Shown: positions 20,991 through 33,789, numbered from the stretch's first letter. The stretch: DNA of 41,199 nt from Octopus bimaculoides (GCF_001194135.2 NC_068986.1:47059391-47100589), one strand, 5' to 3'. Notes: generated by a model not told the origin, from the letters alone. Translations and numbers: made by a program.

Positions 20991-22093
20991 GCAGGAAAGT
21001 TGCATTGGTCTTGGTAAGTTGCTTGCCCAGATAGACAGATAAATAGTTGACGTTGCTATGGATACAGGCTAATGATGAATTCACATTGGCCAAGGGGGAG
21101 CAAACAATGGCTCTTACATTGTAGAATACTCTTATAGGAATAGGAAAAGATTTTGAAGACAAATATTTCCAATATGGTGGAAACTACAAGCCTTTTTTTT
21201 ATCTTATTCACAGGAGTTCATATTGTAGAGTTTCTCAAGGAAAAGAACCATCAAAAACCACTACTTTTAATTACATAACTACTATAATTTCAGCAAAATA
21301 TGTTCAAATTGTTTCAATAATAATAAACATAAAATTATTTGCATGCTTCCCATAGGCAGTAATTTAACCCAACCCATGAGTGTAAGTTTGAAAATAGTTC
21401 CACAAAGCTGACTTGTCCCAGATGTACATCATTCAGTGAGGGCCAACAGTTAATTTCCCATTGATTAAAAAATTTGCGGAACTTGCTGCAGTAATATTAA
21501 TAGTGTTAATTAACAACCCATTGACCGATACAGCTGATCAAGAAAAATAAAGCAATTGATTCTTTTCAGTTCCACTTTCAATTAATTCTTTTCAGTTGCT
21601 AGGTGACTAGCAGTTAATTAGTTGATTGAAATATTTATAGAATGAAAGAAAAAAAACAAAACCAAAGACTTTTGAATATACATTAAATAAATTAATAATA
21701 CCAGTAATATTTATCATTAAAAAAAAATAATAATAAGACATTAACTGATTTTTAACATATTTTGAAAACTTAAAAAAAAAAGAAAACATTAAGTGAAGGC
21801 AGGAAGTAATGAATGATAATAAAAAAAAGTGGAGACAAGCATAAATCAGAAAAGAACAAAAATTAATTGACAAAATTTCATTAGGGATTTAACAGCAACA
21901 CAAGATGATTCTGATAACTTTGCATGAAGGATTATCTGCTGAGCAATGTACTTTAAAATAACAATGTGAAGTCTCAATATATGACAGATATCTCAAACTA
22001 ATTCAATGAACTATGTAGAGTAAATTGATATGTAAGATGTAAGACTTTAATTCTTGTGAGCATGTATCTGTTTGAGTACATACTACAAGCATA

Positions 22094-22129
<36 letters not shown>

Positions 22130-22134
22130 CATAT

Positions 22135-22272
22135 ATATATAATTGTTAAAAAGGACAACAAATGTTAAAGCAAGACAAACATCTCAAGTCATATACTTTA
22201 TTATTATAACGTATATGACTTGAAATGTTTGTCTTGCCTTGACGTTTGTTGTCCTCTTTAACAATTATATAT
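22135..22272. repeat. Near-perfect hairpin: 62-bp arms, 14-nt loop
   Basis: 22135-22196 is the reverse complement of 22211-22272 with 5 mismatches, all transitions. Confidence 0.9.
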
Positions 22273-23004
22273 CTGCTATATCGGAAATCTATAATGGTTC
22301 CATAACTCCCATCTCGGCTATAATTTTTGAGCCCTGGTAATCTGTTACAGCACTTACCTACCATACCTAGTCGTTTAGATCACCTGCGAACTAAATACCC
22401 CATATTTTGTATATATATATGCATAGTTATGTAAACATACACACATATAGACATATGTAGCCATCTATGTATCATACTTAAATATAAATACTCTGCTGAA
22501 AGGCAATTTACTATGGAATTCATCTAAAGATACCATCTCTTATGGATGTGCTGTATTTAACAACACAGTTTTTCAGAGGGAGATGAACATAATCCAAGCA
22601 GCAGTTAGTGAGACAGCTGAAAGCACTCTAGCTTCAATGGTATGAACTTACTACTGGCCACATGCTTAGAAAATAATTGTTACCTCTGATGTAGCAGAAA
22701 CAGGGAATAAAATATTCACTGTTAATGTGAATACCTGCCCAGGTGAATAAAAATCTATTTTGTAAATTTCTCGAAGTATGTATTTGGCTGTGAGTACATA
22801 CTAATGACAAGGCGCAATGAGGCTGGGATCATTTTTGTCTCCGTCTGATATACATTGTATTTTTAAACACAACACATTGATAAGAGATGTTACTTCTGGA
22901 TGAATACCATGCTTAACTGCATTTCGATGATGCGTTTACATTAAGTATATGTATATGGCTATTTTAATTTCAGTACTGCTTCTATTGCATATAATAGAAA
23001 GACA

Positions 23005-23190
23005 TCATCATTATTTAATGTCTAGTTTCCATGCTGGTATGGGTTGGGTGGGTTGACTGGGTCCACTCCAATGTCAGCTTTGGCATAGTTTCTGTGTATG
23101 GGTGCCCTCCTTAAACTCCTTAACACCAACTGAGTGTTCATTTCATGCAACCAGCACTAGTAAGGTTACCAAATAACTTGCAGGATGGGA
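23005..23190 (-). mobile_element. Decayed (GAT)n-family SINE
   Basis: CATCATCATTATTTAATGTCTAGTTTCCATGCTGGTATGGGTTGG... Confidence 0.65.
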
Positions 23191-23234
23191 AAAAATCAGG
23201 AAGAAAGGTAAAAATCACACGTGCGCATGTGTGC

Positions 23235-23269
23235 ACGCACACACACACATCTATCTATCTATCTATCTA

Positions 23270-23330
<61 letters not shown>

Positions 23331-23482
23331 AGAGAGAGAGTGAGAGAGAGAGCAAGACATACGTGTATACAGACATACATGCAACTTTACATACATACAA
23401 ATGTGTATATGTGTACATGCATATATATATACACACATACATATATATATATACACTCACATGCATACACACGTGTGCACAC

Positions 23483-23544
<62 letters not shown>

Positions 23545-23545
23545 T
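23235..23545. repeat. Compound microsatellite (CA)n-(TCTA)n-(TA)n-(GA)n ... (GATA)n
   Basis: Read directly; the (GATA)n run spans ~23484-23543. Confidence 0.95.
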
Positions 23546-23984
23546 GTGTATGTGTTTGTGTGTCTTTTGTGTTTTTACCTTTCTCCCAGGTCAAATTGTA
23601 CAAGTATCTTGGAGCCCAAATCTCTGATGAAGCCATATGTATTCTGTGTCACACTGAATCTCCCTAGGATCTATGTTAAGGGTACACATGTCAGTGGTGT
23701 GCTCAGCCACTCGTATGTTGATCAGATCAACTGGAACCTATGTTGTCATAACTGACTGAGTGGCAGTACAAGACTTTCCTCTCATTGGGACAATGGTCAG
23801 TTGCAGAGTTAGCCCTTCTAACTGTTACTGGCAATCAGTTTTAACTGAGTAAACTAGGTAAGGTAAAGTTCCTTCCTGAGTCATAGACTCATTGGGCCAG
23901 TTTCCTGGTTTCCATGGCAAATATATTCCCCACCTTGATAGAATGTCAGTCTATTGCAAGATTACTCATGCTCTCCATCTCTTC

Positions 23985-24200
23985 TATTTTTCTTACTTGT
24001 TTCAGTCGTTAGACTGCAGCCATGCTGGGGCACTGCCTTGAAGAAGTTTTAGTTAAATGAATCAACCAAGTACTTCTTTTTTTTAAAGCCAGGTACTTAT
24101 TTTATAGATCTCTTTTGTTGAACTGCTATGTTACGGGGATGTAAACATACCAACAGGTTGTCAAGCAGTGGTGGGGGACAAACGCACACACACACATATG
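23985..24200 (-). mobile_element. OK/OR-type SINE followed by an (AT)n tract and a gap
   Basis: Homologous to 3200-3420. Confidence 0.7.
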
Positions 24201-24217
24201 CATCTATCTATCTATCT

Positions 24218-24278
<61 letters not shown>

Positions 24279-24322
24279 ATACATATATATATATATATAC
24301 ATACATACATATATATATATAT

Positions 24323-24786
24323 NNNNNNNNNNNNNNNNNNNNNNNNNNNNNNNNNNNNNNNNNNNNNNNNNNNNNNNNNNNNNNNNNNNNNNNNNNNNNN
24401 NNNNNNNNNNNNNNNNNNNNNNNNNNNNNNNNNNNNNNNNNNNNNNNNNNNNNNNNNNNNNNNNNNNNNNNNNNNNNNNNNNNNNNNNNNNNNNNNNNNN
24501 NNNNNNNNNNNNNNNNNNNNNNNNNNNNNNNNNNNNNNNNNNNNNNNNNNNNNNNNNNNNNNNNNNNNNNNNNNNNNNNNNNNNNNNNNNNNNNNNNNNN
24601 NNNNNNNNNNNNNNNNNNNNNNNNNNNNNNNNNNNNNNNNNNNNNNNNNNNNNNNNNNNNNNNNNNNNNNNNNNNNNNNNNNNNNNNNNNNNNNNNNNNN
24701 NNNNNNNNNNNNNNNNNNNNNNNNNNNNNNNNNNNNNNNNNNNNNNNNNNNNNNNNNNNNNNNNNNNNNNNNNNNNNNNNNNNNNN
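24323..24786. other. Assembly gap
   Basis: N run. Confidence 1.
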
Positions 24787-25170
24787 ACAGTTTGGCATGT
24801 GCAGAATAACATGTTGAAACTGAATAAATAAACAGACAATGTGCACATTGCAGCTCATGACGAACGTGATAACACTCATACTGAGCGAATTGAAACTGTC
24901 GGCGTTTGTTAGTTTCAAAGAAGAAGCCATGGATGTTGTAGCATGGAAATCTAAATTTACTTATGGAGACAGCAACTGAGTATCACCTGAGGAGATACAT
25001 ATAGATCTTCTTATACAGGTAAATCGTTACATAATTTAATTTAAACTTAACTTTAAATCCTGTATATACGAGGATCTGTACGTATCGAAACATTTGTAGC
25101 GATTAAAAAGCTGCCTAACTGTACTTACTCTTCCTTTTGACTCTTTTACTTTTGACTTTATACATACGTG

Positions 25171-25213
<43 letters not shown>

Positions 25214-25376
25214 TCATCATATATATATATGTATATATATATATATACATACATATATGTGATAGGCTTCTTTTTAGTTTCTTTCTACCAAATCCACTCA
25301 ACCACTTTGGTTGGCTAAGTAGGACACACTTGCCCAAGGTGCCATGCAGTGGGAAATAAGCTTCTTACCATGCATA

Positions 25377-26625
25377 TCAGGTTGGTGCAAAGGTAATGGC
25401 CAGAGTTTTAGAAAACAGTTTTAGATAGTTTTTTAAAAATTCACAATGAGTAATTTATACATTTTTCTTTCAGATTCTGATTGCATTAGCCATAATCTTT
25501 TGCTATATTTGCACTCATGTTCGTCCCATTTAAAAATCACATTAGGTGTCTAATGTGATCTTACTCAATGAATTTCATAAAGGTGTCAATGCAAGCACAG
25601 CAGTAAAGTCTCTTCAGAAAGTTTATGGGATGATGTAGTGAGTGAAAGAAGCTGCAAGAGATGGTTTTCTCGCTTCAGAAGTGGGAATTTGAGTTTGAAA
25701 GACAAGCAAAAAGAAGCTCGTTCAAAATAACTTGATTCCAAAGAGTTGGAAGCTGTGGTCACAGAAAATCCAACCACTACTTGTAGAGAGCTTGCAGAAC
25801 AGTTTAACATAGCCCATACAACTGTTCTACACCAACTGAAAATGACCAGAAAGGTTTCAATGGTTGGAAAATGGGTCCTACGTGAACTGTCCCCAGAGGA
25901 TCTGCAATAGTGTGTTCTTTGTTGTCAGTCATTGCTTTCATGACACCTTAAGGAACCATTTTTAGGAAAGCTTAATACAGCTGATGAGAAGTGGATCCTT
26001 TACCATAATGTTAAATGCCACTGGTTGTGGATCAGTCTAGGAGGAAGACCTGTTCAACAACCAAGAAGAGGACTTCATCCAAGGAAGATCAGGTTAAGTG
26101 TATGGTGGGATATTGAAGGAATTGTCCATTATGAACTGTTAGACAACAATCAATCAACTACTGATGACCTCTGCTGTGATTAACTTCATCATTTGAATGC
26201 AGCTTTGTACTGAAAACGACCCTGCTTAGTCAACAGAAAGGATGTCATCTTCCACCATGATAATGCTCGTCCTCACACATCTCGATTGATCTAAGATCTC
26301 TTGAAAGAGCTTGGTTGGGAAATATTACTTCATCCTCCATATTCTCCAGATTTTGCTCCTTTTGATTATCACTTGTTTCAGGGACTACAGAACCATTTGA
26401 ATGGTCTTAGGTTGACATTAAGAGAAGAGGTTGAAAATAAATTGGATTCATATTTCGCATCAAAATCAAAACAATTTTACAAACGTGGCATTTATAAGCT
26501 TGTTGACAGATGGAATGAAGTTCTAGAAAGCGATGGAAATTATGTTAACAAATATATATTGTCTTAATCATGGGCTTTTTCATTTTTTAATAAAGACCTT
26601 AAAATCGACCATTTCCTTTGCACCA
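25377..26625 (+). mobile_element. Decayed, near full-length mariner (DD34D; Hsmar1/cecropia-like TIR), ~1.25 kb
   Basis: TA|TCAGGTTGGTGCAAAGGTAATGGCC left TIR; right TIR GACCATTTCCTTTGCACC is cut by (CA)n. Transposase motifs: RWFSRFRSGN, KWVLREL (WVPHEL-like), TADEKWILY, HDNARPH, HPPYSPDFAPFDYHLF. Stops and frameshifts make it non-functional. Confidence 0.93.
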
Positions 26626-27127
26626 CACACACACACGCACACACACATACACATACATTTATGCAAATAGGGAGCAACTTTTCTTTAAACGTTTCATTAA
26701 AGACACGACTATTGCGTGTTGTAGAGGGAGGTAACTCCTAGTCATTTCCTGTACAACGGTTATAATTCTGCCAGGCGGATGCTGTTGTAGGGATTGTTTC
26801 ACAGCTGAATTCTGTGGGTAATATTCAGTCATCTGAGAAATTTGTTCATAATCCTAGCGGAACCTCCACTGATAATGACAATTGGACAAATCCACTGACT
26901 TACTATTAAGTGACGCTGCATTCTACTTCAGGTTTTGGAACTTTCTGGTAGTCAGGTTCCACTGTTGTATGTCCCAGAAAAATCTATGACATTCCATGCC
27001 CTTGGTTGGTAAGGTTCCTTTGCTAATTGTGACAAAATTGTGGAATTTTTTCTTAGTTCCTTAATCTGAATGAGTGGATGAAGGATACAATAAAAGAACT
27101 GTTTGTAGTTATATATATATATATCAG

Positions 27128-27480
27128 CATCATCATCGTTTAACGTCCGCTTTCCATGTTAGCATGGGTTGGACGATTAGACTGAGGATTGGCAAACCAG
27201 ATGGCTACACCAGTCTCCAATCTGATTTGGCAGAGTTTCTACAGCTGGTAACGATCTCGCTCAAATGGTGCTATTTACGTGCCACTGGCACGGAAGCCAG
27301 ATAGCTACTCTGGCAACAATCATGATCAGACGGTGCTCTTAGCGCTCCAATGGTACAGGTGCCATCACGATTTCACTTTCACTTGCCCCAACAGGTCTTC
27401 GCAGGCCGAGTTTCATGTCCAATGAAGGAGAGGTTGGCATGGGTGCCAGTCGTCGAATTAGGTTCGATTTCGATTTCACT
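27128..27480 (-). mobile_element. (GAT)n-family SINE
   Basis: CATCATCATCGTTTAACGTCCGCTTTCCATG...GGCAGAGTTTCTACAGCTGG. Confidence 0.75.
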
Positions 27481-27894
27481 TGCCTACACACACACACACA
27501 CACACACAATTCTTCTCAATGTTATCTAGAAATGTTAAGGTTGCTTGGGATAGGATTACTGAATAGCCATTTTGTGCCTTTGTTTCTGTCTTCATGGTCT
27601 TGTGTGTGGTAGGACTTTGCTTTAAAATATATTTTGAAGATGTTATTAAAAGGTTGGTACTAGGTGAATTTGCTTGATGACATGATTTACAATGCTATGA
27701 ATCTACTTGCTGATAGCCTCACTGAAGTCCATTGCTCTAGTTTTCTCACCTGTTTCCAAGCATGGTAATATTACCTTGTGACTAGAAATGTTTTCATGAA
27801 ATATTGAAGTGAATGACACTGCTTGCATGACAGTGATACTCATTTACAATTAACACATGCTGTTACAAAGGGACACAAACACACACACACACAC

Positions 27895-28050
27895 TGGGGC
27901 TTCTTTCAGTTTTCGTCTATTGAAACTACTCACAAGACTTTGGTTAGCTCAGAGCTATAGTAGAAGACACTTGCCCAAGGTGCCATGCAGTGGGGATGAA
28001 CCTGAAACCATGTGATTGAGAACTAAACTTTGTAACCACACAGCCATATA
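27895..28050 (-). mobile_element. OK/OR-type SINE 5' part
   Basis: GGGCTTCTTTCAGTTT...AGAAGACACTTGCCCAAGGTGCCATGCAGTGGG. Confidence 0.7.
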
Positions 28051-28212
28051 TGCACAATGAAAGAAAAGAGTACTCAATACTGGAGTTAGAGTTTAAATGG
28101 TTTATTATGTAAGGTCAGACAATAGAACATGTTGATACCTTTGGTTTTGCATCAGCAAAAAGAGATTCTGCTGTGCCCATTCAGCTGATAGAAGCTAACA
28201 GCAACTTTTGTC

Positions 28213-28248
<36 letters not shown>

Positions 28249-28632
28249 NNNNNNNNNNNNNNNNNNNNNNNNNNNNNNNNNNNNNNNNNNNNNNNNNNNN
28301 NNNNNNNNNNNNNNNNNNNNNNNNNNNNNNNNNNNNNNNNNNNNNNNNNNNNNNNNNNNNNNNNNNNNNNNNNNNNNNNNNNNNNNNNNNNNNNNNNNNN
28401 NNNNNNNNNNNNNNNNNNNNNNNNNNNNNNNNNNNNNNNNNNNNNNNNNNNNNNNNNNNNNNNNNNNNNNNNNNNNNNNNNNNNNNNNNNNNNNNNNNNN
28501 NNNNNNNNNNNNNNNNNNNNNNNNNNNNNNNNNNNNNNNNNNNNNNNNNNNNNNNNNNNNNNNNNNNNNNNNNNNNNNNNNNNNNNNNNNNNNNNNNNNN
28601 NNNNNNNNNNNNNNNNNNNNNNNNNNNNNNNN
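28249..28632. other. Assembly gap between (AT)n tracts
   Basis: N run. Confidence 1.
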
Positions 28633-28665
28633 TATATATATATATACATATACTTACACAGATAG

Positions 28666-28707
<42 letters not shown>

Positions 28708-29185
28708 GCATATACATATGTACACATGCATATATACACACATACGTATATACATGTATGCACAAATATGTAGACATACACACATAAACACACACACACA
28801 CACACAATTTATAAATTTTGCTAATTATTTTTGTTAATCATTATTGATGCTAATTACCACTAATTTAGTTAATTTTGGGAACGAGATTTCCAAAACCTAA
28901 CCAAGTAAAGTTGTCTCCCCCTATAAAAATATCAAATTTCAGTTGGGGTGTTATCACCCTTTATGACTAACTTCTGCAGATTGTCCCGCCAATGAAATAG
29001 TGAGGCCCTGATGACATCATTCATGACATCATTATGCTACATCAAGCTGATGTCCGACTGAGTGTGGAAAAACAAAATGCGAATAATTAGCTGAATACAT
29101 ATAATCATACTCTACACCATATATTGAATACTTCTCTTCTTTATAGTTAATGTGTGTGTGCATGTATGTATGTTGTGTATATATT

Positions 29186-29410
29186 TGTATTATAAGATAC
29201 AGAAATAAATTTATTTCTCAAACGCGTGATAATGCTATAAATAGCATGAACAGGATAAATTATCCATATATTGCAGAAAAATACGTTACTGGCCAGCCAT
29301 GAGACTTGAATTCACATCTCTGTGATATATGGATAATTTATCCTGTTCACGCTATTTATAGCATTATCACTCGTTTGAGAAATAAATTTATTTCTGTATC
29401 TTACAATACA
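29186..29410. mobile_element. Long-TIR fold-back element (MITE-like): 92-bp arms, 41-nt spacer
   Basis: 29186-29277 is the reverse complement of 29319-29410 with 5 mismatches. Confidence 0.85.
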
Positions 29411-29799
29411 TCTCAACGCTTCTAAAAAAAAAAAACTTTATTTGTGTTATATATACATATATATGTAATGAAATGCAGTACAGGTTTGTTTTATGGGGAA
29501 GTACTGCTAATGCCCTCTTTGTGGTGACCAACTGCTTGAAGTACTTAGTCAAAGTAAACTACAGTACTTAGCATTCACCGATCTGTAGAACAATTTAGAC
29601 AGAGTTCTATGCTCTGTAATCTGATAATAGCTCAGGAAAATCTGTGTACACGACTGATTTGTGAGGGTTATACAAACTATGTACAGGGTGTGGTCAGCAA
29701 GGGGAGAGTTAGCAATGAATACAGTGACTAGTTTTAATGTGCTAGTTTGCGTTCACCAGAGATCACTTCTCAGCTCCCCTCTATTCATCATTGCCCCCT

Positions 29800-30510
29800 A
29801 CCCCCACAAACTATAAGAGAAGTCTAAGAACATTTGTTTCCGGAAACTGCTATATGTTGATGCCTTAGTTCTTATAATAGTATCAGTAGTGGATATAAAG
29901 AAAACATTTCAAGCAAAAATGAACAAATCTGGAATTAAGAGGCCACAAAGTAAACTTAACAAAGACTAAGGTTTTATTTAGTAGGAGTAAAGATAGGAGT
30001 CTGTTACCGTTAAGGAAATTGCCATGCTTAATATACAGAAAAGGAGTTGGTAGAAACTCCATGGCAGTGCACCCAGTGCAGATCAAGAATGCACGAGCAA
30101 TGCAGTAGGATCACAGGAATGCTGATAGAGAAGGTAGACTTCAGATACAGTAGATGTACAAGGGCAATAAGCACTAACAGCACATGGGAAGTAACTTCTC
30201 ACAAATACCTAGAAATCTTCTTAAAAGTAGATGATTTATTTTGTTACCTACATGACTGAATTAGCAATGAAAGTAAGTGTTTTGAAAGCATGATAGCCAT
30301 AATAGGAACAAGTTGGCAAAAGTTCATGGGGCTATACCTCTGCTGGCAATAAAGGAGTGAACTGCATGATGCAAGAGAAACGAATGTTCAGGGATGGGCC
30401 TGTGATGCCTATAGAAGATGATGGCTATATAAAGAAGTGCTGAGCAATGAGAATAGACGGGGCCTGTGGAAGAGAAAGACTGAGGAGAATATGGGGCAAA
30501 GTAGTGTGTG
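29800..30510 (+). mobile_element. Decayed RTE LINE RT/C-terminal fragment with a Cys-rich insertion
   Basis: KLLYVDALVLI (ELLYADDLVLI-like), KVNLTKTKVLL, LPCLIYRKGVGRNS..CTQC...CSRITG; internal deletions. Confidence 0.8.
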
Positions 30511-30522
30511 TGTATACATATA

Positions 30523-30670
30523 TCATCATCATCGTTTAACGTCTGTTTTCCATGCTAGCATGGGTTGGACGATTTGACTGAGGACTGGTGAATCAGATGG
30601 CTACACCAGGCCCCAATCTGATTTGGCAGAGTTTCTACAGCTGGACGCCCTTCCTAACGTCAAGGATGCC
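30523..30670 (-). mobile_element. (GAT)n-family SINE 3' part
   Basis: Close match to 40904-41070. Confidence 0.75.
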
Positions 30671-31014
30671 CTTCTTAACGTCATATATATTCCTAACACA
30701 CACACACACACATATATATATATGTACCTCATCATCATTATTGTCATCATTTCATATTTGCCTTTCAGGTCGTCATAAGTTGGACAGATTGTCATGGTCC
30801 AAGTCAACTCTTATTCAGAGTTACTGCCCTCTCAGATGAGTTATGGGACTGAAAAAGACCTGGGATAGGTGATGAAGACTAGTCTCTTGATGTTAACGCA
30901 ACAATTTGTCACATGTGAGAGTAGCAAAGACCTGATTGCCCATGTAAGCATGGAGTAAAATTACATTAAAATGGAGAAGTGATGTAGGCAGGATATATAA
31001 TATATTTCCACAAT

Positions 31015-31746
31015 TTGGCCTTTCACCCATATTGTATCTGCAAAGTCTCCACCAGCAATTCTTGTCTATTCATAATTCTGTCATCACTCTACCATCCCAC
31101 CAACTATTTACTGTACCATGCAATCCATGTACTGAGGAAAAGCTTTAGATCTGTCTGTACTAGTTCCACCTCTCATTACCATCATTCATACCTCTCTCTC
31201 TCTATTGATGCCTGTATAATGAAGGATTGCATCAGGCAAGCTAATATTCAATATATACCTCCATTTATTCTTTGTTGCTATCCATCACTCCCTCCCTTAA
31301 CTCTCTCTCCTATTGACATTCATCACTCTTACTATTGCCATCTCAACAATTCATCACTTGTACTCTCTCTTTTCAGCAAAAATGAATTCTTCTCTCCAGC
31401 TGGTCATCACTCACTTTTTAGCAAGTCACTCTTTACCGACATCAGTCACATTTTCTTACTACTGATCTATATAACTACCCATCACTTTCTGCTTCTCTTA
31501 CAAGCACACATATTGCTACTTTGGGGTTTCTGTCTCCCATTACCCTTTACTACTATTATCATTCTCTCTTTTTTCTCTTTTTATACCTTGCGATTACAGT
31601 TTCTCTTCCCTTACCCTTTCTCACACAGCTCTCCTCAAAATTTCCCTTGTTTTTCATACTTTATTTTCTCTTCTTCCTCCCACCTCAGTTCATCTTCTAC
31701 AACCATCCACTTTCCTGCCCTCTCAGTTGGTTACATTGCCCTATGA
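31015..31746 (-). mobile_element. Highly decayed LINE RT fragment; the + strand 243-aa ORF is its antisense
   Basis: Purine-rich minus strand with TDRSKAF (DLSKAFD-like) and many stops. The + ORF is L/S/F/H-rich, typical of antisense frames. Confidence 0.4.
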
Positions 31747-33282
31747 AAATGGAACAAAATAGAGTAGTGCTAACTCTCTTGTTTAGTGGGGTACAAAGCA
31801 ACTTCACTAATGTGGTGCTATAATAAAATACCTCCAGTACATTCTGTAAAGTGATTGATATTAGGAAGGGTATCCAACCATTGTAATCATGCTCAAAATA
31901 GAATGTACAAGCAAGATATTGATATCTTAAGTAATGTTCTTTTCAATTTTTTTGGCTCTGGATATGCTCAAAAATTTACTAGTATGAAAATTTTGTCCTT
32001 CTTTGTTAAGTATGTGGTGCATCCATACAAGTTGCCACCTTTAATTAAAAAAAAAATTGATTTCATTCTGGAAACCTTGTGTGCGCACAATTTTTTCCTT
32101 TGTATGTGTACACATGTGAACAGCATAGTGAGGACAGTCCTTATAACCTATCTGAAAGGCAGCAACACTGAATAAGAAGGGAAAAATTCAGCTCATGGTA
32201 GCATGAAAAATAGACATGGAAAATGATGATGATGGTATGCATATATATGCACAAATGCATATCTATGTATGTACACACACACACTAATGCATACACGTGT
32301 GTGTGTGTATATGTATGAGTATGTGCATGATTACAGTCGTCCACCTAATTCAGTGACGACTGTCTTCTGGAATTGAACATCTTTTGATAACTGCACTTTT
32401 AAAGAGCAGCAAAAAAGGAGACAACTATGTGGATGATTGTAGAATCACAACAGCTAAATCTGTGCTATGCTTACTGTGAGCACCCATGAGTGAATAAACC
32501 ACAGAAGTGGTAGTATTTCATTATCAAAGACATGTGGTACCCTGGCTACTGTAACAGCAATGACCACCACTGAGATCCAAGATCCATAATTGACATTGCA
32601 GGTAATGATAATCTGTACAATGAAGCTGACATTAGGAAAGTATATTTCCCAATGTCACTATTTTCACTGTGAAGGACATACATCTGATGGCAAAGATGAC
32701 CCAAGATGACTGGTAACTTCTCACAGGTGCAGAAAGTTATTGGAAATCCAGTCTATTGGGAACCGCCATAAAGCTATCTATCACAGCTTGTTTTTCTTTC
32801 AGAGTGTACCCCTTGACAAACCCACAAGACAACAGGGTAGTGCAAATAGATTGCTGCTACCACAGCAAAGGAGCCCTATATATTCCTCTCTAGACAAATA
32901 ACACAGGAAACAGTATTCCCAAATTGACAGCAGTGCACTTGGTCACTATATCAAATATTTCTATTTCAACATACTCTATTGGTAGGTTGGTGTTGATTCA
33001 GTTATTTTTTTAGCACTCCTCTTAACCAGGCTAGCCCTGTGGAGGTAGGGTTGGGGTGGGTGGCTGATGTTGCTTTAGTTACCAACAATCTAACCATTTA
33101 ACAAAATGTACCAACTTACATGTCACCAGTAGCATTATATATATATAACTTAGACAACTTAGATACGTTTTGACCAAAGATTGGCCCAGGCCATGTCTAA
33201 CTTAATAGCACCACCTGATATATACATATACATATACATACATGTATGTATGTATATATATATATGTACATATACATATACA

Positions 33283-33336
<54 letters not shown>

Positions 33337-33516
33337 NNNNNNNNNNNNNNNNNNNNNNNNNNNNNNNNNNNNNNNNNNNNNNNNNNNNNNNNNNNNNNNN
33401 NNNNNNNNNNNNNNNNNNNNNNNNNNNNNNNNNNNNNNNNNNNNNNNNNNNNNNNNNNNNNNNNNNNNNNNNNNNNNNNNNNNNNNNNNNNNNNNNNNNN
33501 NNNNNNNNNNNNNNNN
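33337..33516. other. Assembly gap within microsatellites
   Basis: N run. Confidence 1.
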
Positions 33517-33624
33517 CACACACACAAACACACACGCACACACACACACACATACACACACACACATATATATATATATATGTCAATGCATGTATGTACA
33601 TTTATATGTGTATGTGCATGTATG

Positions 33625-33683
<59 letters not shown>

Positions 33684-33770
33684 CTATGTAAACTCATGTA
33701 TGTGAATGTAGTGAATGTATGCATGCATGTGTTGATGTTTCTTTACATTTATATATGTATATATATTTTT

Positions 33771-33789
33771 TTTATTTTGCATATTTATT
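33771..33789 (-). terminator. Candidate polyadenylation signals of the trh-like gene
   Basis: Two AATAAA on the minus strand (33784-33789 and 33771-33776), ~90-110 nt after the stop codon. Confidence 0.4.

Noticed and set aside
21200-21280. Possible + strand exon (cag|GVHIVEFLKEKNHQKPLLLIT*)
   Set aside because: An isolated acceptor-like site in AT-rich DNA with no partner exons or homology.
23145-24930. ORF-track entries rich in YIYI/THTH/X, also at 28173-28837, 33159-33791, 37936-38224, 38982-39588 and 40097-40665
   Set aside because: They are translations of (AT)n/(CA)n microsatellites and N-gaps, not genes.
26301-26567. 88-aa transposase ORF as an active or SETMAR-like domesticated gene
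   Set aside because: The upstream transposase has several stops and frameshifts, and no fused domain or splice evidence is visible.
32334-32362. 8-bp stem-loop CAGTCGTC...GACGACTG
   Set aside because: Short enough to arise by chance, with no supporting context.
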